This document shows, in pieces, positions 6,911-18,272 of a DNA stretch of 24,000 bases. A program made the position numbers and the translations under genes. This DNA is from Aciduliprofundum boonei T469 (GTDB lineage: Archaea > Thermoplasmatota > Thermoplasmata > Thermoplasmatales > Aciduliprofundaceae). The notes below the pieces were generated by a model. The model saw nothing but the letters and a program-made list of their open reading frames with translations, did not search any database and was not told the DNA's origin. The DNA lies in contig NC_013926.1 in NCBI RefSeq assembly GCF_000025665.1, positions 1,033,612 through 1,057,611 of the forward strand, in the 5' to 3' direction. Position 1 is the first letter of the stretch, and each line of letters starts with the position of its first letter.

Positions 6911-8455
6911 TCAAATTCTCTTTGCCATGTACGGTCCTAATCTCTCGTAGCCGAGTTTACGATAGTAATTCCTCACTCCAATACCGCTTATTACCACCAC
7001 CCGAGCCACTCCCCATTCTTCTTTAGAAATTCTCTCTGCCTCATTCATCAGCTCTTTCCCGAATCCGCGGTGCTGCCATGCCTCTTTCTCTTTTTCCCCC
7101 ACAGGCACTTCTTTTCCAAATACCTTTACCTCCCGAACAATAGCGGCGTTGCGCATCTCACTACGATGAGCATATTTGCTAGGCAATCTTAAACGGAGAA
7201 ATGCTGCTATTGAATCGGCATCCTTATCTTCAAAAGATAAGAAAACTTCTTTACCTGAAGAGGCATTATAATCCCTGCGTATCATTTCAAAATTATTTCC
7301 TCCTTTACGGCCAACTTCTCTGCATCTTATATCCGGGCATCTTATTCCCCTTTTTTCCATTTCTTTAAGAACTATTGCCCTCAAATCTCCTTTTTTCACC
7401 CCCGCCTCTATGAACTTTGCTGGAATATCCCTCTGGATTCTCTGTATGCGAACCCATGGGGGAACGATGCTTATCACCTTGATTAATAACTCCACCATTT
7501 CCTCGAGAGTGTAGGGCTCGTATTCTCCCTTTTTCCACATTTCATAAAGCTCCGTGCCTTTTACAACCAAAGTAGGATAAATTTTGAGCATATCTGGCCT
7601 GAAATTCGGATTTTCAAATATCTCTTTAAATGCCTTGTAATCCCTCTCAAGAGAGCTTCCAGGCAGACCTGGCATCATATGATAATTGATTTTGAAACCT
7701 GCATCCTTTGCAAGCCGAGTAGCAAGAATGCTCTCTCTTATTGTATGTCCTCTTTTCACTTTTTCCAAAATATCATCGTAGACCGTTTGTATCCCAAGCT
7801 CAACTCTTGTTGCTCCTAATTTCAAAGCAAAATCAATCTCTTTTTCCATGAACCAATCAGGACGGGTCTCAACTGTAAGCCCTATGCATCTGTTCTTTGC
7901 ATCCTCGTTAATCAGCTGTGCTTCTTCCAAGTTCTTGGCATCCACGCCATTCATAGCATCAAAAGCACGCTTAACGAACCACTCCTGATAGCTTTGAGGC
8001 CTGGCTGTGAATGTGCCCCCCATAATGATGAGGTCAATTTTATCAGTTGGATGTCCTATTGCTCTCAATTGCTCTATTCTCGCCCTTGTCTGCTCGTATG
8101 GGTCAAAATTATACTGTGCAGCCCTAAGTGCTGCTGGCTCGTGCCCTGTGTAACTCTGGGCAGTGCCTTTCTCAGGACCGCCTGGGCAGTATATACATTT
8201 TCCATGTGGACATGGGAATGGAGAAGTCATAATCGCCACGACAGCCACGCCACTTAGAGTGCGAGAGGGCTTTTTAACTAAAATGCTATGATATCTTTCA
8301 ACAATATCTTTGGGTAGGTGTTTCATAATCTCAGAATTTCTCGGGTTGGGAATCCTGTACTTCTTTGCAATTCTGCTCTTCCACTTCTCCAAATCCTCCT
8401 TGCTCTTTATCTCACCTTTCCGAAAAATTTGCGCTATGTCTTCATAGAATCCCAC
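6911..8455 (-). CDS. elp3: Elp3-family radical SAM/GNAT protein (tRNA U34 carboxymethyluridine synthase homologue)
   Basis: 514 aa with a GTG start. The radical-SAM motif is PFPCPHGKCIYCPGGP. The C-terminal GNAT acetyl-CoA motif is QHRGFGKELMNEAERI. Size and domain order match archaeal Elp3. Confidence 0.92.
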   Translation of the reverse strand: MGFYEDIAQIFRKGEIKSKEDLEKWKSRIAKKYRIPNPRNSEIMKHLPKDIVERYHSILVKKPSRTLSGVAVVAIMTSPFPCPHGKCIYCPGGPEKGTAQSYTGHEPAALRAAQYNFDPYEQTRARIEQLRAIGHPTDKIDLIIMGGTFTARPQSYQEWFVKRAFDAMNGVDAKNLEEAQLINEDAKNRCIGLTVETRPDWFMEKEIDFALKLGATRVELGIQTVYDDILEKVKRGHTIRESILATRLAKDAGFKINYHMMPGLPGSSLERDYKAFKEIFENPNFRPDMLKIYPTLVVKGTELYEMWKKGEYEPYTLEEMVELLIKVISIVPPWVRIQRIQRDIPAKFIEAGVKKGDLRAIVLKEMEKRGIRCPDIRCREVGRKGGNNFEMIRRDYNASSGKEVFLSFEDKDADSIAAFLRLRLPSKYAHRSEMRNAAIVREVKVFGKEVPVGEKEKEAWQHRGFGKELMNEAERISKEEWGVARVVVISGIGVRNYYRKLGYERLGPYMAKRI

Positions 8456-8483
8456 ACACTTCCATGTAAATGCCCTTTTTAAT

Positions 8484-8497
8484 TTTTCTATAGAAAA
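8484..8497. promoter_or_regulatory. Perfect 14-bp palindrome TTTTCTATAGAAAA in the divergent elp3 / HTH-Nudix intergenic region; candidate operator overlapping a TATA-like region
   Basis: Read directly from the sequence: 7+7 bp with no mismatch, 30-43 nt upstream of ATG 8527 and 29-42 nt upstream of the elp3 start (8455) on the other strand. AT-rich context lowers its significance. Confidence 0.35.
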
Positions 8498-8526
8498 TTT
8501 GAAATTTGAAAAGGAGATTTAGAAAT

Positions 8527-9237
8527 ATGATTGTAAAATACCGTTTCTGGTTTGAATCTCCAGCAGGCTATGTTTTTGGTCCAGGAAGTTATCAGATTCT
8601 CAAAGAGATTGAAAAAACAGGAAGTTTGAGAAAAGCAGCCAGCAATCTTGGGATGTCTTATAGACATGCTTGGGGATTGATAAAAGAAATCGAGGAAAAT
8701 TTAGGAGTAAAAATAATAACCTCTCATCGTGGTGGAAGAGAAGGAGGAGAGAGCACGATCACAGAAGAGGGTATCAAACTGCTTAGAGAATATGAAAAAT
8801 ATGAAAAAGTGTTTGATTATGTTATCAAGCATCCATACATCAAACCTTCAATAACTGTAGATGGCATATTGGTGGAAGATGAGAAGATTCTGCTGGTAAA
8901 GAGGGGCAGAGAACCATTTAAGGGTATGTATGCACTTCCCGGAGGATTTGTAGAGTATGGGGAGAGAACTGAAGATGCAATAGTAAGAGAGATGGAAGAG
9001 GAAACGGGATTAAAAACGGAAATTATAGGGCTAGTTGGAGTTTATTCTGACCCAAAAAGAGATCCTAGGGACCATACTATAACCGTGGTGTATGAGCTAA
9101 GAAGATTGGGGGGTAAATTAAAGGGTGGCGATGATGCAACCTATGCTACTATGTTCCCCTTAAATGCTCTTCCTGAGTTGGCATTTGACCATGCAAAAAT
9201 TATTGAGGATTTTAAAAATATGAAATTTAATAGATAA
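8527..9237 (+). CDS. Fusion protein: ModE-N/LysR-type HTH domain + NUDIX hydrolase (ADP-ribose pyrophosphatase-like)
   Basis: I prefer ATG 8527 (AGGAG 8 nt upstream) over the TTG at 8506. The N-terminus GSLRKAASNLGMSYRHAWGLIKEIEENLGVKIITSHRGGREGGESTITEEG is the ModE N-terminal domain pattern. The Nudix box is intact: GGFVEYGERTEDAIVREMEEETGL (G-x5-E-x7-R-E-x2-E-E-x-G). The C-terminal LAFDHAKII is typical of ADPRase-type Nudix proteins. Confidence 0.8.
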   Translation: MIVKYRFWFESPAGYVFGPGSYQILKEIEKTGSLRKAASNLGMSYRHAWGLIKEIEENLGVKIITSHRGGREGGESTITEEGIKLLREYEKYEKVFDYVIKHPYIKPSITVDGILVEDEKILLVKRGREPFKGMYALPGGFVEYGERTEDAIVREMEEETGLKTEIIGLVGVYSDPKRDPRDHTITVVYELRRLGGKLKGGDDATYATMFPLNALPELAFDHAKIIEDFKNMKFNR

Positions 9238-9652
9238 CTATGCTCTTTAGAGGGAAGTGTCTGCTTATGATTTCCTTGGCTAACTTTAGATTTCTACCCT
9301 CTTTCCCTATCGCCCTTGCTTTGTCTCTCGGATCTACGAACACCGTTATGCTGAATTGATTATCTACATTCTCCACCTTTATATTTTTCACATGAAATCT
9401 ATGGAAAATGTTCTTGGTAAATACCACTATATCTGGAGAGTATTCAACTACCATCACATTTTTCTTGATTAAATTGCGCACTGTTTGAATCTTTGAGCCA
9501 TTGTTCTCAAGCGCCTTTCTCAAGTTCCTTGGATACACTACGAATACAATTAGATTATCGCTTTCAATGCAGTCCTTAACTTGAGCATTAGTGGCGGCCT
9601 CAAATATGGATATGTAGCGAAGCGTCTGTGCGTCAAGTTTGATATTTACCAT
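9227..9652 (-). CDS. nusA: Archaeal NusA-like protein (two KH domains)
   Basis: 141 aa. A GxxG-type KH motif is present (AIGKEGRNLKLAKEI). It sits at the conserved position after rpl30e in the RNAP operon. Its ATG overlaps the rpl30e stop (TAATG). Confidence 0.85.
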   Translation of the reverse strand: MVNIKLDAQTLRYISIFEAATNAQVKDCIESDNLIVFVVYPRNLRKALENNGSKIQTVRNLIKKNVMVVEYSPDIVVFTKNIFHRFHVKNIKVENVDNQFSITVFVDPRDKARAIGKEGRNLKLAKEIISRHFPLKSIVIY

Positions 9653-9939
9653 TATTTCACCATGCGCAATAATCTACCCTCTCCCTCATCCACTATAGTT
9701 AGAACTGAAACATTGAAGGGCTTTCCGCAAAGTGCTCCAAGCTCTATGCCGTCTCCATCAAACATGATTTTGGGTATGTTCCAGTTCTGCACTTCTTCCT
9801 TTTCTGGGCAATTATCAGCTACAATTATCAATTTTGCTTCTCCTCTATCTATAGCTTTCCTCGCCTGCTTTACTCCATAATAAACCTTTCCCGTATTGAG
9901 TATCTTTTTTAGTTCTTTTCTTATATCTTCCCTATTCAT
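9652..9939 (-). CDS. rpl30e: 50S ribosomal protein L30e
   Basis: 95 aa. TGKVYYGVKQARKAIDRGEAKLIIVADNCP...ELGALCGKPFNVSVLTI is typical L30e/L7Ae-fold sequence. It lies at the conserved operon position directly after rpoA2. Confidence 0.9.
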   Translation of the reverse strand: MNREDIRKELKKILNTGKVYYGVKQARKAIDRGEAKLIIVADNCPEKEEVQNWNIPKIMFDGDGIELGALCGKPFNVSVLTIVDEGEGRLLRMVK

Positions 9940-11490
<1,551 letters not shown>

Positions 11491-14178
11491 TTACTTCCTC
11501 CTCCTTAAAAGATACTTGTCTCCAAGAACATCCGTTAGAATCTCATCCATATTTACATTTTCTCCACCTGAACTGCGAGTGGGGTCAACACCATCCTCTC
11601 CGTAAATGAACTGCACAACATTGCCCGCAGTATCCACAACTTTTCCATCCTCTATAACTTTCAAATCCTCAAGGGCATTGATTAATCTTCTCTGCATATA
11701 ACCACTGCGGGATGTACGAACTGCAGTATCCACTAAGCCCTCTCGTCCACCCATTGAGTGGAAGAAATACTCTGTTGGACTCAAGCCCTTCTTGTAAGAG
11801 GATTCTACAAATCCCCTTGCTAGGGCACCTAAATCTCCACGTTTAAAATGTGGTAGCGTGCGATCTTGATAACCGCGATGTAATCTTTGACCTCTCACAG
11901 ACTGCTGTCCAATGCTTCCAGCCATCTGGGATAGGTTGAGCATGGATGCTCTAGCTCCGCTTCTTGCCATAATAACCGATGAATTCTCTAAACCTAAATG
12001 CTTGCTAGCTATCTTACCCGCTTCATCTCTTGCATGTGCTAGCACGCGCATTATCTCCATTTCTAAAGTTTCTTCTACACTTCTTCCAGGAGCTGGTTGC
12101 AATAGGCCTTGCTTATATAATTCAATCAATTCGTCCGTTTTCTTTATTGATTCTTTTATTATTTCATGAATCTGGATAATAGCCTCTTCAGGTATATCTT
12201 CATCATCTATTCCTGAAGTGAAACCGCGATAGGATATTACTCCCACTGCCAATCTTGTCATATTGTCTATGAACTCACGCGCTTCTTTGCTACCTCTTTT
12301 TGCTATTCTATCAAGCAATTTACCCTTCATTGAACCAATCGCATTTTCATCTATTGTACCTGCCACAAGTTTTCCATTGCGAATTACCACATAAGCATCT
12401 ATCGGGCAAGCTTCATGCACACATTTGTTGTTGCACACAGATGGGTCACAAATCTTGCTCTTGAATTCCATATTTAAATCCTTTGGAAGAATTAAGGAGA
12501 ATAGCTCTTTGCCGTAGTAAAATTCGTTTCCATTCTCGTCCTTATGCGGCTCTGGAAGCTCGTCATAATCCAAGTAAGATAGCATATGGATTGCTTGCTC
12601 CTTTGTGAATTTTGGATTTTTATGAGTAAGCAAGAACATTGCAGTTATGTGGTCGTGTATGCCGCCTATAATCGGACCACCAAATCTCGGAGATAAAATA
12701 TGCTCTTGCACAAGCATTAAAATCTTCGCTTCAGCCCTTGCCTCCTCGCTCTGGAGCACATGAAGATTCATCTCATCTCCATCGAAATCAGCATTATAAG
12801 GTGGGCAAACTGCAAGGTTGAAGCGGAATGTGCGATTTGGCATGACTTTTACGAGATGACCCATCATGCTCATCCTATGCAGAGATGGCTGCCTATTAAA
12901 CAGCACTACATCCCCATCTATGAGATGCCTCTCTACAACCCAGCCGATATCAAGTTTCTTTGAGACATCTTCTGCATTTCTATCTGTTATCTTTATCCTC
13001 CTTCCATCAGGTCTAATAACATAATTTGCACCTGGCAGGTATTTATCTCCCTTTGGATTTGAACCTCTTCTAACAATTTCTTTCATCTTCTCAATATTAT
13101 ACTCCGTAACTGTTATAGGTACAGTAAGCTCTCTAGCAGCCGCCTCAGGCACGCCAACTTCATTTATCGAAAGAAATGGTTCTGGGGATATGACTGTACG
13201 GGCTGAGAAATTAACTCTCTTACCAGACAAGTTGGATCTGAATCTTCCTTCTTTTCCTTTCAGACGCTGCACAAGAGTTTTGAGAGGTCTGCCACTGCGA
13301 TGCCTTGCAGGTGGTATACCAGAGGTTTGATTATCAAAGTAGGTGGTAACATGGTACTGCAAGAGTTCCCATAAATCTTCAATTATGAGTTGTGGTGCTC
13401 CACTGTCTCTGTTTTCTCTCAATCTTTGGTTGATCCTTATTATATCCACGAGCTTGTGCGTTAAATCATCTTCGCTTCTCTCTCCCGTTTCGAGGGTTAT
13501 AGTGGGCCTCACATTGACGGGGGGCACAGGAAGAACAGTCAGAACCATCCACTCAGGCCTAGCAGTTTCGGGATTCATTCCAAGTAAAGGTAGATCCTCG
13601 TCAGGTATGCGCTCCAATCTCTCACGAATCTCCTTTGGAGTTAATTTTCTGCCCTCTTCTCTAAATGTTGTAGGCTTGTCCAGTGTGATTTTTTTCTGTT
13701 CTGCACCACAATGAGGACATATTGGGCGAGAGGAGGCATCATCTATTATCTTCTTTGTTATAAAGAGCAATTCTAATGGCGAGGCTCCCATTTTCTTCGC
13801 TTCTTCTATCTTCTGCTTGTAAATTTCAATTTCATCATCCTTGAGCTTTATCCTGCCACATTCACGACAGGTAGCATCAAGGTAATTTTTAATGTTTTTT
13901 ACGAAACCCACATGGATGACCGGCATAGCGAGTTCTATATGCCCAAAGTGTCCAGGGCATTCATCTACCTTACCTCCGCATGTTTTGCATCTCAATCCAG
14001 GCTCAATTACGCCCATGTGCAAGTCCATAAGGCCCTTGTCTATGGGAAAACCGTCATCATCATAGGTATCTGCTGTTATTACCTTTACTGCACTCATTCT
14101 CCTAATCTCTTCGGGAGATAATAAAGCGAATTTTATGGAATTAATTCTCTTTGTCAATCCAAAAATGTGATGGCTCAT
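11491..14178 (-). CDS. rpoA1: DNA-directed RNA polymerase subunit A'
   Basis: 895 aa. The N-terminal zinc site is [20 protein letters not shown] and the catalytic motif is [13 protein letters not shown]. The start overlaps the rpoB stop (ATGA at 14175-14178). Confidence 0.97.
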   Translation of the reverse strand: MSHHIFGLTKRINSIKFALLSPEEIRRMSAVKVITADTYDDDGFPIDKGLMDLHMGVIEPGLRCKTCGGKVDECPGHFGHIELAMPVIHVGFVKNIKNYLDATCRECGRIKLKDDEIEIYKQKIEEAKKMGASPLELLFITKKIIDDASSRPICPHCGAEQKKITLDKPTTFREEGRKLTPKEIRERLERIPDEDLPLLGMNPETARPEWMVLTVLPVPPVNVRPTITLETGERSEDDLTHKLVDIIRINQRLRENRDSGAPQLIIEDLWELLQYHVTTYFDNQTSGIPPARHRSGRPLKTLVQRLKGKEGRFRSNLSGKRVNFSARTVISPEPFLSINEVGVPEAAARELTVPITVTEYNIEKMKEIVRRGSNPKGDKYLPGANYVIRPDGRRIKITDRNAEDVSKKLDIGWVVERHLIDGDVVLFNRQPSLHRMSMMGHLVKVMPNRTFRFNLAVCPPYNADFDGDEMNLHVLQSEEARAEAKILMLVQEHILSPRFGGPIIGGIHDHITAMFLLTHKNPKFTKEQAIHMLSYLDYDELPEPHKDENGNEFYYGKELFSLILPKDLNMEFKSKICDPSVCNNKCVHEACPIDAYVVIRNGKLVAGTIDENAIGSMKGKLLDRIAKRGSKEAREFIDNMTRLAVGVISYRGFTSGIDDEDIPEEAIIQIHEIIKESIKKTDELIELYKQGLLQPAPGRSVEETLEMEIMRVLAHARDEAGKIASKHLGLENSSVIMARSGARASMLNLSQMAGSIGQQSVRGQRLHRGYQDRTLPHFKRGDLGALARGFVESSYKKGLSPTEYFFHSMGGREGLVDTAVRTSRSGYMQRRLINALEDLKVIEDGKVVDTAGNVVQFIYGEDGVDPTRSSGGENVNMDEILTDVLGDKYLLRRRK

Positions 14179-17100
14179 TTCATATCACCCACCTTCATAC
14201 GCATAATAACACCAAGTGATGCAAGCTCATCATGCATAAGCTTGAAGGCATAACTGGTTTCAATTGGGTATATGTTCGTGGTATTTCCGCAGACTGGGCA
14301 CCGGAGAATTCCGCGCTTTCTATCAAACATGGCAATATGGCCACACTCAGGATTTCCGCAAACATAGAGTACAGTGCCGTCTGAATTATCCAACAATCTA
14401 TCCTTTATGACCATTGCAGCTCCATGACCAATTAGGGTATCTCTCTCCATCTCTCCAAACCTCAAACCGCCGAGCCTGCTGCGTCCCTCAGTTGGTTGTC
14501 TTGTAAGAATCTGCACAGGTCCACGGGATCTCGCATGGAATTTTCCAGCGACCATGTGGTGCAGTTTCTGGTAATATATTACACCAACAAATATCTCTGC
14601 CTCTATCTTCCTTCCCGTTATGCCATCGTACATTATCTCCTTACCATTGTATTTGAATCCATTCTTAACCAATGCTTCTCTCAATGCCTTTTCAGGCTCT
14701 CCACTGAACACGGTACCATCAACAAACCTTCCCTCAAGAGAGCCAACCTTGCCACCTATCATCTCCAATATGTGCCCCACAGTCATTCTTGAAGGAATTG
14801 CGTGAGGATTAATTATCAAATCCGGTATGATTCCACTCTCGGTGAAGGGCATATCCTCTTGAGGTATTATGGCTCCCACAACACCTTTCTGCCCGTGTCT
14901 TGAGGCAAATTTATCCCCCAATTCTGGAATGCGCTGATCCCTAACTTTCACCTTTACAAGTCGAGAGTTATTTTCGCTCACAGTTAGCAAGACAGAATCA
15001 ACCCACCCCTCTTCTTCAGGCCTCATTGTCACGCTGCTCTCTCTTCTCTTTTGCGGCCCTAAGAGTTCACTTTCTTCCTCCAAGAATCTTGGGGGTGAGG
15101 TCTTGCCTATAAGCACATCTCCACCTTTTACATAAACTTCGGGAGAGATCAAACCATCTTCGTCTAAGAGCTTGTACCTATCTTCTGTCATTGCTCCGCG
15201 AACATCTGGACTTGGAATTTCGAACTTATCCTCCTGACCACCAGGATATCTGCGCTCCTCACTCTTATAAGTCCTAAAGAATGTGCTTCTTCCAAATCCT
15301 CTCTCCACGGAAGCCTTGTTCATAACGATTGCATCTTGAATGTTATAGCCATGGTAAGAAATTATAGCAACCACTGCATTTTGTCCAGCAGGCCTACGCA
15401 TAAAGTTCACAAAATCCATGGTTTTTGTCCTGACGATAGGTGCCTGTGGATAATGCAATAGATGTCCGCGAGTATCCGGTCTACGCCTATAATTTGCGGC
15501 TGGCAATCCCAATGATTGCTTGAGCATTGCTGCACCCATGGTGATTCTTGGAGAAGAATTGTGGTGGGGATAAGGCACACATCCTGCAACTGCGCCCAAA
15601 ATCAACAGTGGATCAATTTCGAGATGAGTATGCTCCTTTGTTATCTTCTTTTCTACACCAAATTCTGCTCCGCAGTGCTTGCACCTAAGGGTTACTTTCT
15701 CTCCCTCTCCAGGATTCATCCATTCAACATCATTTCTGCCAAGTACTCTTCCACAATGGGGACATCTTTCAGGAACATCGTAGGCATAAACGGCAATGTA
15801 TGCATTCTCTTCCTCCTCCGCATCTATCCACTCAACAACTCCCTCTCTCACTAAATCCTCAATCTCCATCTTCCCCCTGCGAAGAAGCTCTCTGTGCCTG
15901 CTCGTGTACTTAACATTTCCGTTCTCAACCACAAGCAAAGGTCTCCTTATTCTTCCTTTATCGGAATTTATCATAACTTCATTGGTCGTATCATCGTACC
16001 TTATATTTATCTGGTGCGATATTAATCCTTTTCTTCTCTTGCTTCTTATCTCGTTGGTGAGAGCCAGACCATCCTTATGATAACCTACCAGATTTCCATT
16101 AAGATACACTCTTGCAAGTTCTCCTGTCTCATACTGCCTCTCTTCAACTCCCAAACCCTTGAGAATCTTTAAGACATCTTCCTCAGGATAACCCTCAGAT
16201 ACATCAATTATAAGGGCTGCATTCTTAACTAATCCGCAATTTTGACCCTCTGGTGTTTCATTTGGGCATAACCTTCCCCACTGCGTGGGATGCAAATCTC
16301 TAGCTTCAAAATGGGGCTGTGAGCGCGTGAGAGGAGAGATCACACGGCGTAAATGGCTGAGTGTGCTCATATGAGATGTTCTATCCAACAATTGCGATAC
16401 TCCTGTTCTTCCCCCAACCCAGTTACCTGTACTCATGGCATGCATTATCTTCTGTGTCAAAACATCCTGTCTTATGGAAACTCTTATCCTTATTCCTTTC
16501 TTGCGGTTGTAAGTTCTCTCCAGCTGATATTTCAAGTCCTTCATTAAGGCTTCAAAAGCCATTCTGAATAATTCCTCAAGCAAATCCCCAGATAGCTTCA
16601 ATCTCTTATTTGCAAGATGGTCTTTATCGTCCTCCTTTCTCAATCCTAAATGCAGTTCTAAAACTCTTCTTGCCATTCTTCCCAAATAGTAAGCTTTCTT
16701 TATCCTATCCTCCTTGCTCGTGCCCAGATGTGGAAGCAAGGAAGAATCCAAAATCTGAGATATTTTCTTTTCTCTGTACTCTTTAGCTTGGCCTGCTGCA
16801 AATCTCTTCTCTAAATATTCTATGGCATCTCTCTGAGTTCTTATTCCATTTGGAGGATAGAGTTTATCATTTTCAACCTCTTCAATATTTGCAAGAGCGA
16901 TAACGCTCATCTTCTCATCGCTTACAATCGCTCTGTAGATATCTTGATCCTTCTCCAGTCCAAGAGCCTTCATCAAAATTACCAGAGGTATTGTTCCAGC
17001 CACCGCAGGAACTGAAACTACAATAATACCATCGCTCTTCTTTTCCATAATTGTTAGGGCCCTATAACCCCTACGCTGTGAGAATACTTTGGCCGTCTCC

Positions 17101-17780
17101 ACAACAGTGTTATATCTCTCGTTTTTCTCTACTAACACCCTATTTGGAGCAAGGTCCTCTAGAGATACGAGAACCCTCTCACTTCCACCAATTATAAAAT
17201 AACCACCCGGGTCATCGGGGTCCTCGCCCACATATTCCAATTTCTGCTTGTAGGGCCAGTTGAGTATATCCTTATCTTTTGAGATGCTATCGAGATAATC
17301 GTCAATGTTATCCTCGTGGAGGGTGCAAATCTTGGATTTTACCATCACAGGAAAATCTCCTATCTTAACCATTTCTGGCTCTCTTTCATAGCATCCTGCA
17401 TCATCACATTCTAAAACTTTTATCTTTAGATACAATGGAGCTAAGTAACTTAAATCCCTTAACCTTGCTTCCATAGGCGTTATCTGAACAGTTGCTCCCG
17501 TTGCTTCTTTAATCTCAGGCCTTCCTATCCTTATGGTGGGCTCATTAACATCCCAGTAGTCATTGTTTCTTCCAAAAACTATTTTTATTGTCTTTCCACC
17601 GGTTTTTGTTCTATCTAATGTTATAACTCCCGGAGGGTCCTCATCTGTAACCTTTGTAGTATCAACAATCTCTTGCATCACACTATTTGGATTATCTGGT
17701 GTGGGTATCAAATCGTTGTATGACGCAATATGGTGATTCACTACACTTTTCTTAAACAAAATATCCACTATGGTATTCAT
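14175..17780 (-). CDS. rpoB: DNA-directed RNA polymerase subunit B (unsplit)
   Basis: 1201 aa. Conserved blocks: [18 protein letters not shown], and the C-terminal zinc ribbon [32 protein letters not shown] lies upstream of the ATG. One polypeptide covers both B' and B''. Confidence 0.97.
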   Translation of the reverse strand: MNTIVDILFKKSVVNHHIASYNDLIPTPDNPNSVMQEIVDTTKVTDEDPPGVITLDRTKTGGKTIKIVFGRNNDYWDVNEPTIRIGRPEIKEATGATVQITPMEARLRDLSYLAPLYLKIKVLECDDAGCYEREPEMVKIGDFPVMVKSKICTLHEDNIDDYLDSISKDKDILNWPYKQKLEYVGEDPDDPGGYFIIGGSERVLVSLEDLAPNRVLVEKNERYNTVVETAKVFSQRRGYRALTIMEKKSDGIIVVSVPAVAGTIPLVILMKALGLEKDQDIYRAIVSDEKMSVIALANIEEVENDKLYPPNGIRTQRDAIEYLEKRFAAGQAKEYREKKISQILDSSLLPHLGTSKEDRIKKAYYLGRMARRVLELHLGLRKEDDKDHLANKRLKLSGDLLEELFRMAFEALMKDLKYQLERTYNRKKGIRIRVSIRQDVLTQKIMHAMSTGNWVGGRTGVSQLLDRTSHMSTLSHLRRVISPLTRSQPHFEARDLHPTQWGRLCPNETPEGQNCGLVKNAALIIDVSEGYPEEDVLKILKGLGVEERQYETGELARVYLNGNLVGYHKDGLALTNEIRSKRRKGLISHQINIRYDDTTNEVMINSDKGRIRRPLLVVENGNVKYTSRHRELLRRGKMEIEDLVREGVVEWIDAEEEENAYIAVYAYDVPERCPHCGRVLGRNDVEWMNPGEGEKVTLRCKHCGAEFGVEKKITKEHTHLEIDPLLILGAVAGCVPYPHHNSSPRITMGAAMLKQSLGLPAANYRRRPDTRGHLLHYPQAPIVRTKTMDFVNFMRRPAGQNAVVAIISYHGYNIQDAIVMNKASVERGFGRSTFFRTYKSEERRYPGGQEDKFEIPSPDVRGAMTEDRYKLLDEDGLISPEVYVKGGDVLIGKTSPPRFLEEESELLGPQKRRESSVTMRPEEEGWVDSVLLTVSENNSRLVKVKVRDQRIPELGDKFASRHGQKGVVGAIIPQEDMPFTESGIIPDLIINPHAIPSRMTVGHILEMIGGKVGSLEGRFVDGTVFSGEPEKALREALVKNGFKYNGKEIMYDGITGRKIEAEIFVGVIYYQKLHHMVAGKFHARSRGPVQILTRQPTEGRSRLGGLRFGEMERDTLIGHGAAMVIKDRLLDNSDGTVLYVCGNPECGHIAMFDRKRGILRCPVCGNTTNIYPIETSYAFKLMHDELASLGVIMRMKVGDMK

Positions 17781-17789
17781 AAAACCACC

Positions 17790-18044
17790 TTAATCTCTTA
17801 CCACAACCCTATAAACAGTTATTCTTCCAGCGGTGGGGCTTTTCCTAACTATTTTTATTAAGCTTCCAACTGGTATATGCCCATATTTTCTCTCTAAAAC
17901 CCTTAAAACAGCATCGCTCTTTTTAATTCTTGGAAGGTTTTCTTTCTTAACTCCAATTTCTTTCAAAATTTTCTCTTCCTCTTCTTGGGGTACCAAGTAA
18001 TGCTCCGGAACAAGCTCGTGCTCGAGCACATTAAATCTCACCAT
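17790..18044 (-). CDS. rpoH: DNA-directed RNA polymerase subunit H (Rpb5 homologue)
   Basis: 84 aa. HELVPEHYLV...LPRIKKSDAV...G.LIKIVRKSPTAG..TVYRVVV is the RpoH/Rpb5 C-domain pattern. GAGGTGAT SD lies 6 nt before the ATG. It is the first protein gene of the operon. Confidence 0.9.
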   Translation of the reverse strand: MVRFNVLEHELVPEHYLVPQEEEEKILKEIGVKKENLPRIKKSDAVLRVLERKYGHIPVGSLIKIVRKSPTAGRITVYRVVVRD

Positions 18045-18066
18045 TTTCTCATCACCTCATGAGGTA

Positions 18067-18140
18067 CGGGCCTGCGGGGAATCGAACCCCGGACCACCTG
18101 GTTAAAAGCCAGGTGCTCTACCAAGCTGAGCTACAGGCCC
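18067..18140 (-). tRNA. tRNA-Lys(UUU), no intron
   Basis: Minus strand: GGGCCTG-TA-GCTC-AGCTTGGTA-GAGC-A-CCTGG-CTTTTAA-CCAGG-TGGTC-CGGGG-TTCGATT-CCCCG-CAGGCCC-G. The cloverleaf is perfect and the anticodon is TTT. Confidence 0.92.
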
Positions 18141-18168
18141 ATAGAGTCAGCCCTACATATGGGGCATG

Positions 18169-18178
18169 TATTTAAACT
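18169..18178 (-). promoter_or_regulatory. TATA-box-like element (AGTTTAAATA on minus strand) upstream of tRNA-Lys / RNAP operon
   Basis: It lies 29-38 nt upstream of the mature tRNA-Lys 5' end and is preceded by purine-rich AAA (BRE-like). No other TATA-like element is visible between the tRNA and rpoH (22-nt spacer). Confidence 0.45.
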
Positions 18179-18272
18179 TTATTACCATTTCATAGCCCAA
18201 CCATCATACATAATGATTTGATTTTAATTAAATTTTTCCCATAATTAGAAATCTTCAATTTTATACACAACA

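Noticed and set aside
8495-8512. Short direct repeats GAAAATTT-GAAATTT-GAAAA upstream of the HTH-Nudix gene
   Set aside because: This is AT-rich low-complexity sequence in a promoter region. The repeats are too short and degenerate to separate from chance. Only the adjacent perfect palindrome is retained as a candidate site.
13343-13714. Antisense ORFs inside the RNAP genes (for example 13343-13714, 10511-10858, 15516-15854, 15796-16080, 14496-14792)
   Set aside because: All lie opposite strongly supported, motif-rich rpo genes. Their translations are low-complexity Ser/Leu/Ile-rich, as expected for the reverse frame of K/E-rich coding sequence. None has SD or promoter context.
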